Shown here: one piece after another, positions 12,225 through 26,280 of the stretch
Position numbering within the stretch: the stretch's first letter is position 1
Layout of the letters: each line of letters starts with the position of its first letter
Assembly: GCA_040954595.2 (NCBI GenBank)
Contig: CM082581.2
Span: forward strand, 858,599 to 922,598
Reading direction: 5' to 3'
Length of the DNA stretch: 64,000 bases
Origin: Balanoglossus misakiensis
Taxonomy: Eukaryota; Animalia; Hemichordata
Position numbers and translations under genes: made by a program
Notes under the pieces: model-generated
What the model was told of the DNA's origin: nothing
What the model saw: the letters and a program-made list of their open reading frames with translations, nothing else
Database searches by the model: none

Positions 12225-15200
12225 GTGGCCAGTGTCGTGCCCATTAATTTTGAGTGTTTGGTGGGGTCAACCTTTGCGTCAACATTGATTAACCAGGCCA
12301 TGCAGAGCTAGTGGCCAGTGTCGTGCCCATTAATTTTGAGTGTTTGGTGGGGTCAACCTTTGCGTCAACATTGATTAACCAGGCCATGCAGAGCTAGTGG
12401 CCAGTGTCGTGCCCATTAATTTTGAGTGTTTGGTGGGGTCAACCTTTGCGTCAACATTGATTAACCAGGCCATGCAGAGCTAGTGGCCAGTGTCGTGCCC
12501 ATTAATTTTGAGTGTTTGGTGGGGTCAACCTTTGCGTCAACATTGATTAACCATGCCATGCAGAGCTAGTAGCCAGTGTCGTGCCCATTAATTTTGAGTG
12601 TTTGGTGGGGTCAACCTTTGCGTCAACATTGATTAACCAGGCCATGCAGAGCTAGTGGCCAGTGTCGTGCCCATTAATTTTGAGTGTTTGGTGGGGTCAA
12701 CCTTTGCGTCAACATTGATTAACCAGGCCATGCAGAGCTAGTGGCCAGTGTCGTGCCCATTAATTTTGAGTGTTTGGTGGGGTCAACCCTTGCGTCAACC
12801 TTGATTAGCCAGGCCAGAGCTTAGTGGCCAGTGTCGCGCCCATTAATTTTGAGTGTTTGGTGGGGTCAACCCTTGCGTCAACCTGGATTAGCCAGGCCAG
12901 AGCTAGTGGCCAGTGTCGTGCCCATCAATTTTGAGTGTTTGGTGGGGTCAACCCTTGCGTCAACATTGATTAGCTAGGCCAGAGCTAGTGGCCAGTGTCG
13001 TGCCCATCAATTTTGAGTGTTTGGTGGGGTCAACCCTTGCGTCAACCTTGATTAGCCAGGCCAGAGCTAGTGGCCAGTGTCGTGCCCATCAATTATGAGT
13101 GTTTGGTGGGGTCAACCCTTGCGTCAACCTTGATTAGCCAGGCCAGAGCTTAGTGGCCAGTGTCGTGCCCATCAATTTTGAGTGTTTGGTGGGGTCAACC
13201 CTTGCGTCAACATTGATTAGCCAGGCCAGAGCTAGTGGCCAGTGTCGTGCCCATCAATTATGAGTGTTTGGTGGGGTCAACCCTTGCGTCAACATTGATT
13301 AGCCAGGCCAGAGCTTAGTGGCCAGTGTTGCGCCCATTAATTTTGAGTGTTTGGTGGGGTCAACCCTTGCGTCAACCTTGATTAGCCAGGCCAGAGCTAG
13401 TGGCCAGTGTCGTGCCCATCAATTTTGAGTGTTTGGTGGGGTCAACCTTTGCGTCAACCTTGATTAGCCAGGCCAGAGCTAGTGGCCAGTGTCGTGCCCA
13501 TCAATTTTGAGTGTTTGGTGGGGTCAACCCTTGCATCAACATTGATTAGCCAGGCCAGAGCGAGTGGCCAGTGTCGCGCCCATTAATTTTGAGTGTTTGG
13601 TGGGGTCAACCTTTGCGTCAACCTTGATTAGCCAGGCCATGCAGAGCTAGGGGCCAGTGGCGTGCCCATCAATTTTGAGTGTTTGGTGGGGTCAACCTTT
13701 ACGTCAACCTTGATTAGCCAGGCCATGCAGAGCTAGTGGCCAGTGTCGTGCCCATCAATTTTGAGTGTTTGGTGGGGTCAACCTTTGCGTCAACCTTGAT
13801 TAGCCAGGCCATGCAGAGCTAGTGGCCAGTGTCGTGCCCATCAATTTTGAGTGTTTGGTGGGGTCAACCTTTGCGTCAACCTTGATTAGCCAGGCCATGC
13901 AGAGCTAGTGGCCAGTGTCGTGCCCATCAATTTTGAGTGTTTGGTGGGGTCAACCTTTGCGTCAACCTTGATTAACCAGGCCATGCAGAGCTAGTGACCA
14001 GTGTCGTGCCCATCAATTTTGAGTGTTTGGAGGGGTCAACCTTTGCGTCAACCTTGATTAACCAGGCCATGCAGAGCTAGTGGCCAGTGTCGTGCCCATC
14101 AATTTTGAGTGTTTGGTGGGGTCAACCTTTGCGTCAACATTGATTAACCAGGCCATGCAGAGCTAGTGGCCAGTGTCGTGCCCATCAATTTTGAGTGTTT
14201 GGTTGGGTCAACCTTTGCGTCAACATTGATTAACCAGGCCATGCAGAGCTACATTGTAGTGGCCAGTGTCGTGCCCATCAATTTTGAGTGTTTGGTGGGG
14301 TCAACCTTTGCGTCAACATTGATTAACCAGGCCATGCAGAGCTAGTGGCCAGTGTCGTGCCCATCAATTTTGAGTGTTTGGTGGGGTCAACCTTTGCGTC
14401 AACATTGATTAACCAGGCCAGAGCTAGTGGCCAGTGTCGTGCCCATCAATTATGAGTGTTTGGTGGGGTCAACCCTTGCGTCAACCTTAATTAGCCAGGC
14501 CAGAGCTTAGTGGCCAGTGTCGTGCCCATCAATTTTGAGTGTTTGGTGGGGTCAACCCTTGCGTCAACATTGATTAGCCAGGCCAGAGCTAGTGGCCAGT
14601 GTCGTGCCCATCAATTATGAGTGTTTGGTGGGGTCAACCCTTGCGTCAACATTGATTAGCCAGGCCAGAGCTTAGTGGCCAGTGTTGCGCCCATTAATTT
14701 TGAGTGTTTGGTGGGGTCAACCCTTGCGTCAACCTTGATTAGCCAGGCCAGAGCTAGTGGCCAGTGTCGTGCCCATCAATTTTGAGTGTTTGGTGGGGTC
14801 AACCTTTGCGTCAACCTTGATTAGCCAGGCCAGAGCTAGTGGCCAGTGTCGTGCCCATCAATTTTGAGTGTTTGGTGGGGTCAACCCTTGCATCAACATT
14901 GATTAGCCAGGCCAGAGCGAGTGGCCAGTGTCGCGCCCATTAATTTTGAGTGTTTGGTGGGGTCAACCTTTACGTCAACCTTGATTAGCCAGGCCATGCA
15001 GAGCTAGTGGCCAGTGTCGTGCCCATCAATTTTGAGTGTTTGGTGGGGTCAACCTTTGCGTCAACCTTGATTAGCCAGGCCATGCAGAGCTAGTGGCCAG
15101 TGTCGTGCCCATCAATTTTGAGTGTTTGGTGGGGTCAACCTTTGCGTCAACCTTGATTAGCCAGGCCATGCAGAGCTAGTGGCCAGTGTCGTGCCCATCA

Positions 15201-16217
15201 ATTTTGAGTGTTTGGTGGGGTCAACCTTTGCGTCAACCTTGATTAACCAGGCCATGCAGAGCTAGTGACCAGTGTCGTGCCCATCAATTTTGAGTGTTTG
15301 GAGGGGTCAACCTTTGCGTCAACCTTGATTAACCAGGCCATGCAGAGCTAGTGGCCAGTGTCGTGCCCATCAATTTTGAGTGTTTGGTGGGGTCAACCTT
15401 TGCGTCAACATTGATTAACCAGGCCATGCAGAGCTAGTGGCCAGTGTCGTGCCCATCAATTTTGAGTGTTTGGTTGGGTCAACCTTTGCGTCAACATTGA
15501 TTAACCAGGCCATGCAGAACTACATTGTAGTGGCCAGTGTCGTGCCCATCAATTTTGAGTGTTTGGTGGGGTCAACCTTTGCGTCAACATTGATTAACCA
15601 GGCCATGCAGAGCTAGTGGCCAGTGTCGTGCCCATCAATTTTGAGTGTTTGGTGGGGTCAACCTTTGCGTCAACATTGATTAACCAGGCCATGCAGAGCT
15701 AGTGGCCAGTGTCGTGCCCATCAATTTTGAGTGTTTGGTGGGGTCAACTTTTGCGTCAACATTGATTAACCAGGCCATGCAGAGCTAGTGGCCAGTGTCG
15801 TGCCCATCAATTTTGAGTGTTTGGTGGGGTCAACCTTTGCGTCAACATTGATTAACCAGGCCATGCAGAGCTAGTGGCCAGTGTCGTGCCCATCAATTTT
15901 GAGTGTTTGGTGGGGTCAACCTTTGCGTCAACATTGATTAACCAGGCCATGCAGAGCTAGTGGCCAGTGTCGTGCCCATCAATTTTGAGTGTTTGGTGGG
16001 GTCAACCTTTGCGTCAACATTGATTAACCAGGCCATGCAGAGCTAGTGGCCAGTGTCGTGCCCATTAATTTTGAGTGTTTGGTGGGGTCAACCTTTGCGT
16101 CAACATTGATTAACCAGGCCATGCAGAGCTAGTGGCCAGTGTCGTGCCCATTAATTTTGAGTGTTTGGTAGGGTCAACCTTTGCGTCAACATTGATTAAC
16201 CAGGCCATGCAGAGCTA
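12225..16217. repeat. Satellite array, 86-bp unit with 82-83-bp variants, about 47 copies
   Basis: Unit gtggccagtgtcgtgcccattaattttgagtgtttggtggggtcaacctttgcgtcaacattgattaaccaggccatgcagagcta begins at 12225, 12311 and onward. TACATGTA lies at both ends. Confidence 0.98.
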
Positions 16218-16827
16218 CATGTATGTTGCCTGTAAGGCACACATCTCCAATTGGTACATTGGGCCTATCATACTGTACATGTACAACTAGGAAAATGTAC
16301 TTCATCATATTTCCATAGTCAGCAGCTTCAAGAACATGTTGCCTTCTCTATATGAATTTTTAGACTAAAAAGAAGTATAAGAAGAATAAAGTTGTCCAAT
16401 TATTGTTGGCAGGGGGTGGGGATGTGTGCTCCCATACAAATGTATATGGGTATGTACTCTTTAAGAAAAACGTTCATATGCAAGAGAAAAATGGTAAATG
16501 ACAAAGAAAATTTGACTGGTATTACAATAGGACGGGTTTTTGGCATTTACACATATTGATGTTATCAACCGGGAAGCACACTATGTGCTGAAAATAATTG
16601 GAGAGCTCTCGCCCGGGGTGTCGGCCAGTGGCCACATACATTTCCAGTCCTAAACCTTGCATCAGTTCTGTGGTGCGGATTAAAAAATAAGATTGGCGCT
16701 ACAATATGCCCACTTAGTTTGAAATGGATTCTGCATATATACATGTAAACACATTGAAAATGAGATATTACACATATAATCATGGGACAAGAAGGGCAAA
16801 AATTAAATTATCCAGCAGGTGTTCGAA

Positions 16828-17480
16828 TTATGCAAATTAGAACAGTTGTGTAATATTGCCATGTCAACCACGTTGAAATTGTATTAGGTACCCATATTAA
16901 TTAAAACCGTGAAAATGCGATATTACACACCATATAAGACAAACCAGGGAAATTTACATGTTAGAGAAGTTTGTCGGACATTTTGGATTATGCAAATTAG
17001 AACAGTTGTCTAATATTGCCATGTCAACCACGCTGAAATTGTTTTAGTTACCCATATTGATGAAAACCCTGCAAATGCGATTTTAGGCACCATATAAGAC
17101 AAAACAGGGAAATTTACATTTAAGAAGAGTTTGGTGGCCATTTTGGATTATGCAAATTAGAACAGTTGTCTAATATTGCCATGTCAACCACGCTGAAATT
17201 GTTTTAGTTACCCATATTGATGAAAACCCTGCAAATGCGATATTACACACTATTAAAGACAACCATAGTAAATTTACATGTTAGAGAAGTTTGTCGGCCA
17301 TTCTAGATTATGCAAATTAGAACAGCTGTCTAACATTGCAATGTCAACCACGTTGAAATTGTTTTAGGTACCCATATTGATGAAAACCCTTCAAATGCGA
17401 TACTACACACTATTTAAGACGACCATAGGAAATTTACATGTTAGAGGAGTTTGGCGGCCATTTTGGACTATGCAAATGAG
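16828..17480. repeat. 160-bp tandem repeat, 4 full copies plus a partial one
   Basis: ttatgcaaattagaacag recurs at ~16828, 16988, 17148 and 17308, with a variant at ~17468. Fewer copies in the right arm (~53345-53570). Confidence 0.92.
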
Positions 17481-20400
17481 AAGAGTTGAACAAAAAATGC
17501 CATATTTGCAATGCTGTTGTCTTGTTTTGGGTGCCTATGTTAAGGCTTGAAAATGAAAGCTTATTCACCATTTTGGCACAAACGGTGGCGAGAAGGTGTT
17601 CCAATGTAACTTAGAAGAGTTGCCATATTTGCAATACAGTTATATTGTTTAAGGTATGAATGCAAATCCTGAATATTAGATTTATAACAATTTCATTGGA
17701 AAGAACATTTGTAGGTTCATCATTGACCCCATAGGACTGTCAACTCGACTACAGACAGTCTCGATGAACACAAGACATGATCCCAATTTGCAAGCTGAGT
17801 TGAAACTGACTGCTGCAGTAACTTTAGCTCTGGGAATGTCTTGTGTGATTTAAAGCAATTGATGACCAAATTTAACACAGTTTCTCTGAGGTAACCACTT
17901 AGCTTTCGTGACTGGTTGTTTAAGAATCCAAAAAACATGAATTCTACCCAATGAATTCAACCCTTAGAATTTCACAACTGTAACAGAGTTTGCAGTCATG
18001 CACAAAAGTGTGTATCATACACATAAGAAATTTCTCACATGTATTTTTATGATGGCAATGCATTTGACTGTAAACAAACATTGACATCAATCAGTAGCGC
18101 TATTTTGTCAGTGAAATGGCTTCATCATCATCCCTCCAACCAAAGTTGAAACTGAGTTGCAAATATTGCACAGCTTGAAATCATAAAATGTTGCAAAATT
18201 GAACCAACAGTTCGGTCAATGATCAAGTTCTTACAGCTATTATTAGAACCAGACAATCTCAGCGAACAAGAGACATGGGCCTTATTTGCAAGTCGAGTTA
18301 GAACTGCCTTTGCCTGCCCACGGACGCCCCAGTTTCAGCAAAAATTATTGCATTAAAATGTGAGTATGGAGAACTATGCTCTGTGTTCCTTTTGTTAGCT
18401 TACATAGCTGTTGTCATTCTAGTTTTTCCTCTGTCCTGTGAACAGAGTTTCAGTTGCGAAAACCGACAGTTCTTAAAGTACAAAAGTACACCTAAATTGC
18501 CTCGGTGATGAGCATGCAGAATTTATCTGATGCTTTTTACTGGCAGAAGGACCCCACCAGTTGCAGATTGTCAATTCCATGGCACAAGGGAATTTACGCT
18601 TTGCGTTCAAATATAAATAATTAACACCTGTTTAATTTTTCTATATGTTCTTTAGTGATGATTCAAAAGTATTATGACTGCTAGTGTGATTAATATTCTA
18701 TTTTCAAAATGTGTTTCTCTTAATGATTATGAATACATCAAAATTTATGCTTTAAAATTAAATCATTTTACCTGAAATATTGCAAATATTTGGAGGGTTG
18801 CATTTAATTTGAAGTTCTCGATCAAAGTTTTAGGCATAAAAAAGGTGCTACACCCCCGAAAAATTGGTAGCTATGAATTCAATTCAAAGAGTGTTTGAAC
18901 GTCTGTTTTGCAACAGGGTGCCAGTTCAACAAAGCGCATGAGGATAGTAAATCACCTTTGTGAATTTTGTGCACCACAGTAAGAATTCCCTAGAAACTGC
19001 AAACTAAATTGCAAAGCAATCAGACAAAAATGGCAGTAATTGCCAAAAAAAAAAAAAAAAAATATTGTCACTTCCATCACTGGGTTTGTTAAATTGTCAT
19101 AAAATCACACCTAAAAACATGCAAACCAAATTTTAAAAAAAATGTGGGTAGAGGTTTCTGAGTATATGACGACCAAAATCACCCCAAAATATACTTCAAA
19201 AATGAAAAATAAAATCTGTATAAAGTCTCAATAACATAAATACACACCAATTTCTAAAGCAATCTGACCAGTACCTTCTTGAGTTTCTGAGTTTAGAACA
19301 ATTTCACATTGGTCCCAATGGTATATTGACATATACAAAATTGGACCTAAAGAGTAAAACACATTTCAAAGATTTTACAATTAAAGCCTCACAAGCTGCC
19401 AAATTTTACACATCTTTTTCCACAATAACATTTTTCAAATCATCCACCTATCCTTTAAAATCAGCACCATTGAGCCATATTACTTGAATTTGCATGGGGT
19501 TTGTCATCTCTCTGCGATGTGTACCCTCCATATGGAGGCTGATTAAAACAGGTGTGGCGCTCGTTTAATATCTGACTTCTTTAAATTGCAACATACAGGC
19601 ACATTCATTAGTCAATAAAATGTTCATGTATACCTATCAGTCTGTTTGTTTAGATGAACAAATCTAAGATGGAAAGTAATATCATGAAAATACTGAAAGA
19701 TTGGAAACTCTGAGTTTGAGTCTAAGGATAACAAGGGAACCTCTCTACTATTTGACGCACCAAAGCTATGAAAAACTTCCTTCTTTCCCTCAAATATTTT
19801 TTATGAATATGTTCTACTCCGTGATTAAAATTTCCCTTTTACCAAATGTACATATGTAAGAGACGAGATTTTTTCAGCAAAATTTCAAATGGCCTAGGGT
19901 GACTTTTTACCTACTTACCCATATTGGGTAGCATGAAACACAGAATGGCATACCAGTGGGTTAGAGATACAGCGTTTTATATTAACATGAATTAACATGA
20001 AACTAAAAATTTGATGGTTTACTTAGGACTGCCTTGATCCATGGTAACCTCATTAAATATGTACATATCTAATTCTAGGCTATCCAGTTGCGGTAGAAAC
20101 CTGGACATGGACAACTTTGGGGTCAAAATCTTTTGACAAAATGTTGGGTGATCTTGGGTAAACTTTGACCTACATTCCTATATCTTGGCATCCGGCACAG
20201 ATACATCCCTGACACTTGGAGTGATGGAACTGCATAATGGAGTATTATGTCTCAGCTAGTCACAGTGCTTTTGCTGTGTTTTATGTCTTTTATTCAGCCA
20301 AATTAGATGTTTTTCATTACACATTGGCTGTGTTTGCCAGTACTTTTTAGCTGGTCACACTGCCTTAACACAATGTATTCTCAAAATACTCTGCAATCTT

Positions 20401-21699
20401 TATGAAGCATATACAGCAGACAAAGTTGTGGTAAGACTAAACTTGCCCTTCTTTGTGATTAAAGCATGACCGGCCTGTCTTAGGTGGCCCCTACCTAGGG
20501 GCTTTACCCGTCATTGGCTCACAGTCTGAGAAATCAGCTCTGCAGGGAAGTTAACGATGTAACCCACCATTAAAGCTTGGATTTCCGCTTTTTGTATTTG
20601 ATGCCTGGCTGAGGCCTTCTTAGGATCTACCCAACACTGAGTAGGCTATCCCGTCATTGGCACACAGTCTCAGGGAGGGAGTCAAAAGTTCAGTATACCA
20701 TCAAAGCCTTTATATTGTCCATTCTTTTTAAGAGAAGGCTGGCTGCTGTAGAAAAATGTTGATCTCAAATTTATCATGTCCAAAAAGCCAGACTTCCAGC
20801 CCTATTGGTTAGGCTGGCATTAGGTAAGTACATAATTAATGAGGCAAGACATAATACTCAATCAAATAGTTCCATCACTCCAAGTGTCAAGGTTGTATCT
20901 GCTCCGGATGCTAAAATATAGGAATGTAGGTCAAAGTTTACCCAAGATCACACAAATGTTTGTCAAAAGATTTTGACCCCGAAGTTGTCCATGTCCAGGT
21001 TTCTACTTCAGCTGAATAGCCTAGAATTAGATATGCACATATTTAACGAGGTTACCATTGCTCAGGGGGGTCTTAAATTAACCATCAAATTTTAGTTTCA
21101 TATTAATGCATATTAATATAAAACACTGTATCTCTAACCCTACAGGTAAGCCTAGAATTAGGTACATGTACATGCGTAAGTTTTTGACAAGACAGTTAAG
21201 CTGTAATATATGTACATGAACCTTGACAATTGACTTAAAATAACATAAAGGCAGAACTGATACTGATTGGAGATAGATATTACTAATGACAGTGATGTTA
21301 ATTACACCAGGAATGTTTGTCTTAGTATACGGTAGCTAACCGACTGCTTGAGGTTAAGTAATGAAAGTGCCCACTTGCGATTCACCTTCAAATAGCTACT
21401 TAGTCTTTGGTACATGTACATTGTTTTTCCAATGATTAGACAAATGATATACATACGTGTAATTAAGGTTGGGTAGCATTTTCAATGTAATAAGCCCTGC
21501 CTTCACTATAATCTTACACCAAATCAACACTGTTCAGTAATGTGATAGGCTTCAAAGCGACGCTAGTTACATCATAATTCCCAGCAAGGGGTATTAGTTT
21601 ATTGGGCAAGTGGCATGAGTGAGGCCAGACATTAGTTTTGGAAGCAAAGCGGACAGAACACTGCCGGGCATAGACTAGGTAGTTCTGAATAGTCATGTT

Positions 21700-23100
21700 T
21701 CATAAGTCAGGTCCATGACATATGTACCGACATTTGTGATTGGTCCATCTGGTAATCTTAGGTCCACTTGAGGCACGGTGATTGGAGGGACCTTATGTGT
21801 TAGGTCTTATTATTATGTATTATTCACTAGACCTTGTAGGTTAGGTCTTATTACTATGTATTATTCACTTTACAGCTCCCTGATTGGTTAATGTGTAGGT
21901 CTCCAATTTTCACTGCCTCGTTATGCAAAGTCTTTTGTACTTTCTGAATACAGTTGTCGTATTCTGTCTGGCATGCTGCCTGCGCGTTGTCGAAGCTCGA
22001 TCCCAGTGTATAAAGAAAGGCACTCATATAATGATTGGATTTAACCTTTCCTTCACTATTCATGGCATTTTTTTGTGATACTGTGAACTAGATACTCGAA
22101 ATAAAAATTGCCAGGATAATTTTTTTATTTTATTTCCAGTGGCGGTTTGTTGAAATGGGCTAGTGTTTTGTTACGTAATGCTTTTCAGCGCATCACTTTG
22201 TGTAACACCTGGCTGAATACGAAGTGTGTGCTATTCATTCGAGCAAACCAAAAATATCTTACAATAGAACTGTTTAGAATAGCATTGCATTTCTTTAATT
22301 GGGATACCTCATTAGTTGCTTTACAGGTATGATTACTTTTATTGTACTTCTTTCACGAAGCTGCACCGTCATAGTTCCATTTTTATGAAAACAATATACG
22401 AATGTATAAACGGACAACGTACTCCTTTTCACAACATCTACGTCAAAACAAATTTACTTTAAAATAGTAAAACAACAATAATAATATTGATGATGAGAAG
22501 TAGGAGGGTGATTTAAGAAAATATACAACTGTTAGCAAAAATGCTTAGATGTGTTAATCAGATTTTCAAAGTCCATCTAAAAATCATTTAATCTTTCCAG
22601 GGTGCGGTTTATGTTGGAGATAGTATCAGTCAGGCTATTTCTCAGAAAATTAATGAATGATCTGCGGACATCCCGAATAATGTGTTACCACAACGCTAGC
22701 CAGGAAGCACATGGGACATTTCACAATGAGGCAGTGAACACTGGGAGACCAGACTGACACGTTAACCAATCAGGGAGCTGTATGGTGAATAAATACATAT
22801 TAATATGACCTAACCTACAAGGTCCTGTATTATGAGGCAGTGAACACATGGGGGACCAGACTGACACGTTAACCAATCAGGGAGCTGTAAAGCGAAAAAT
22901 GCATAGTAATAAGACCTAACCTACAAGGTCTAGTGAATAATACATAATAATAAGACCTAACCTACAAGGTCCCTCCAATCAGCGTGCCGCAAGTGGACCT
23001 AAGAGAAGCGGATAAACCAATCAAAACATGCAATACATGTGTATAGGACGTGTAATGTAGGTCATTTTGAAACAGGACTAATGTGACCATGGACGTTACC
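21700..23100. mobile_element. Foldback-like insertion present only in the left arm
   Basis: 21760-21900 (aggtccacttg...taggttaggtcttattac...ctccctgattggttaa) is the reverse complement of ~22860-23003. There is no counterpart in the right arm between ~46020 and 46215. Ends are approximate. Confidence 0.7.
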
Positions 23101-24178
23101 ACATTAGACTCTGTATTGTAAGTTTCTGAAGAATCGCAAAAAATCATCAACAGTCTACATGTACTTCAACCTTGTGAGAAGTACTGTATAACACACAGGA
23201 TATACTAGTCACTGTTGGTCAGGTTATTACACACTGTGGTCCCATCTGGGGATTACACAAAATTAGGTATGTCTGTGTTCATGGGAAAAATCATGTGACA
23301 TTGGCAAGCAGATATGACCTTCTGTAAGAACATTTCAAAGGAACCAGACAAGTATTTTAGGGAAAACAACATTCAACAATGACAAAAACTGCCTCAAACC
23401 ACATCTATCCAACTATCAACAAATTGTATAATATCTACTTCAATCACCACGCCTACCAAAGTTGAAAGCAATCTGACTAGTAGTTTCAAAGAATACAAAT
23501 TGCAAAAATTGCCCCAAGACCACAATATGTAAATTTCACCAAAATGATATACAACATTACTTGGGTTACCTCTTGGAACAAGCATACCAAAATTTAAAAG
23601 CAATCTAAGGAGTTTCTCAGAAAATGAATTTTGACCAAAAATGACAGATTACAAATTCTGCGACAATTTAAACAAAACCAACTAAGATCACCTACCGGAA
23701 GTGTCATACTAAATTCTAAAGAAATCAGCCAATCTCTTTAAGAGGAAAAGATTTTTTTTCAAATGGTAAAACAAGACAAAATAATTGCATGAAAAATAGA
23801 CAATTCACGATATAAACTCAAAGTATATCAGGTATGATGACATTACCTACATGCATACAAATGTTCAAAGCAGTCTAACCAGTTGTTGAGTTTTGATCAA
23901 TTCCACATATTTCACAGGTTATTTGCGTATTTTTGCAATGACAACTTCATTTAAGCAAAATCCCATCTACACACCAAAATAAAAAAAGCGTGGTTTCATG
24001 TTTTGGATCAGGGCAGAAATACATCCATATATACATGTAACATGCATACACACATGTACACACACACACAAACACATGCATACATGGCTGCATACATACA
24101 TACATACATACATACATACATACATACATAGGGAAACGGTCTGGTAATCAATGTTATGACACTAGCATTAGGCCTTAA

Positions 24179-24633
24179 ACCCCGGTGCGGAAAGTACTGG
24201 GGTTCGGATTAACGTGTGTTTGTACAGTTGTTTATTTGGGAGTGGTCGTCGTGCATAATAACTGTGTAATTGATCTCATGTACATAGAAAATAATTGAAC
24301 ACTTTACACCTCTATGCGATTGACAGCTGTTTGAATGGCGTGGTTATTGTTTCCCAGGGATGCTTCTGAAAAGCACTGAAACCAGATTTCTCCCAAAATC
24401 ATCGTTGTTTCAAAAGCTCGTGTACTTTTTCATCGATAACTTTATGTTGTGTGTGTTTATAAAGCCAACCACTGTCGTTGTGTGGTGTAATTCTTTATGC
24501 TTGGATCTGTTTGGGCCGATTTTCATAGAGCCAAGATCGTTAGAGCCAAGATCGTTGGTGTTGTCTGTTGTCAGTCAAACGGCATTAAGATTCGCCACTG
24601 ATTTGGGGGGTCTTTTATACCACGCATCGGGGT
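24179..24633. mobile_element. TTAA-specific MITE (piggyBac- or Kolobok-like target site)
   Basis: ttaa|accccggtgcg ... cgcatcggggt|ttaa. The paralogous empty site in the right arm (~44925, acattaaggcc) has a single TTAA. Confidence 0.85.
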
Positions 24634-26088
24634 TTAATGTTTACGATATCAGGACAATTTATATCATATGAAGTTTTATGTATTCATAATTATTCAGAGA
24701 AGCAAATTTTTAAAAATGTGAAATTGTTATCAATCGGATGTGCACTGACAGCATGCTTATATGGAATACAGGTACTCTAACACAATCAGTCATAACACTT
24801 TTGAATCATCAATAAATAACATATAGAATAATTTTACAGGATTTAATTATTTATATTTGAACGCAAAGCGTAAATTCCCTTGTGCCATGGAATTCACAAT
24901 CTGCAACTGGTGGGGTCCTTCTGCCAGTAAGAAGCATCAGATAAATTCTGCATGCTCATCACCGAGGCAATTTAGGTGTACTTTTGTACTTTGAGAACTG
25001 TCGGTTTTCGCAACTGAAACTCTGCTCACAGGACGGAGGAAAAACTAGAATGACAACAGCTATGTAAGCTAACAAAAGAAACACAGAGCATAGTTCTCCA
25101 TACTCATATTTTAATGCAATAATTTTTGCTGAAATTGGGGCGTCCGTGGGCAGGCAAAGGCAGTTCTAACTCAACTTGCAAATCAGGCCCATGTCTCTTG
25201 TTCCCTGAGACTGTCTGGTTCTAATAATAGCTGTAAGAACATAATCGTTGACCAAAGGGTTGGTTCAATTTTGCAACATTTTATGATTTCAAGCTGTGCA
25301 ATATTTGCAACTCTGTTTCAACTTTGGTTGGAGGGATGATGATGAAGCCATTTCACTGACAAAATAGCACTACTAACTGACATCCATATTTGTTTACAGT
25401 CAAATGCATTGCCATCAGAAAAATGCATACGAAAAAATTCTTATGTGAATAATACACACTTTCTTGCACAACTGCAAACTCTGTCACATTTGTGAAATTT
25501 TAAGGAAATTCATTCATTGGGTAGCTTTATGAATTCTTAAACAAACTTAGTCATGAAACCTAAATGGTTACCTTACACATCTGGCGGCTCGACTTCTGTG
25601 ATATGATAGTCTTCAATTAATGTGTATGTGATTCCATACAAATCCATATGATTACCTGAACGTACAAAATAAATAAAAAATAAAAAATAAATTAAAAATA
25701 AATAAGTATCTCATACATATGCATAAGTGCTTGTGATAAATATATCCTGTATTTAAATAAACCTGTCATTTATTGACCTCGTTTTCCTATTAACCCAAAG
25801 GACTAGATTGCACTGTAATATTATTACAGCTTCATTTCAATGCAACAGGTACACTACATCATATTGGAGCAAATATGCCAGCTCAACATTGATATAAAGA
25901 GTGTCAAAATATTGGTGGCTACAAAAGCTTGTGTCCCTTCAATCCATCCTCGCACTCAGGTGAAAACGAACGTCATTAGTTTTTGGGAAAAAACCTCTCA
26001 AATCAATTTCGGTGAGGCCAAATGTGTTCCAAAGGCAAACCGTTTCTGGTAAACAAATCAATGGCAAATAATTACTTCGGCGACATAC

Positions 26089-26280
26089 CAATCAGTCAAC
26101 ATGGCTGCCTAATCGTTTGATAGCCCGGTTTCATCTCGCGATCATTCTGTCTTCCGATATGGCGTTGCATGGTTAAATTCGTCTCTTCTTTGCCGACATA
26201 GTCAGGCGACAGCGGTCCAGAAGCATAGGCAGCGACGCCATCTTGTTTACAATGTGAAGTATCGACTGCGCATGCTCAAT
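26089..26280 (-). promoter_or_regulatory. Putative promoter and first exon of the left-arm transcript
   Basis: CpG-rich segment with an NRF1-like tgcgcatgc, a YY1-like AAGATGGCG and donor gattg|gtatgt. It mirrors 43084-43275. Confidence 0.5.

Larger units (their letters stand above)
16224..26280. repeat. Left arm of a large inverted duplication (partner 43084-54253)
   Basis: Collinear reverse-complement anchors: 16224/54253, 16781/53620, 17735-17900/53010-53170, 19180/50890, 20461/47250, 21481/46250, 25561/44020, 26280/43084. Confidence 0.95.

Noticed and set aside
12225-16217. CRISPR array
   Set aside because: Units are head-to-tail with no unique spacers, no cas genes are present, and the context is eukaryotic.
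20472-20670. 28S rRNA fragment (tcttagg...cgtcat resembles the R2 target region)
   Set aside because: The match is limited to two short words with no extended rRNA homology.
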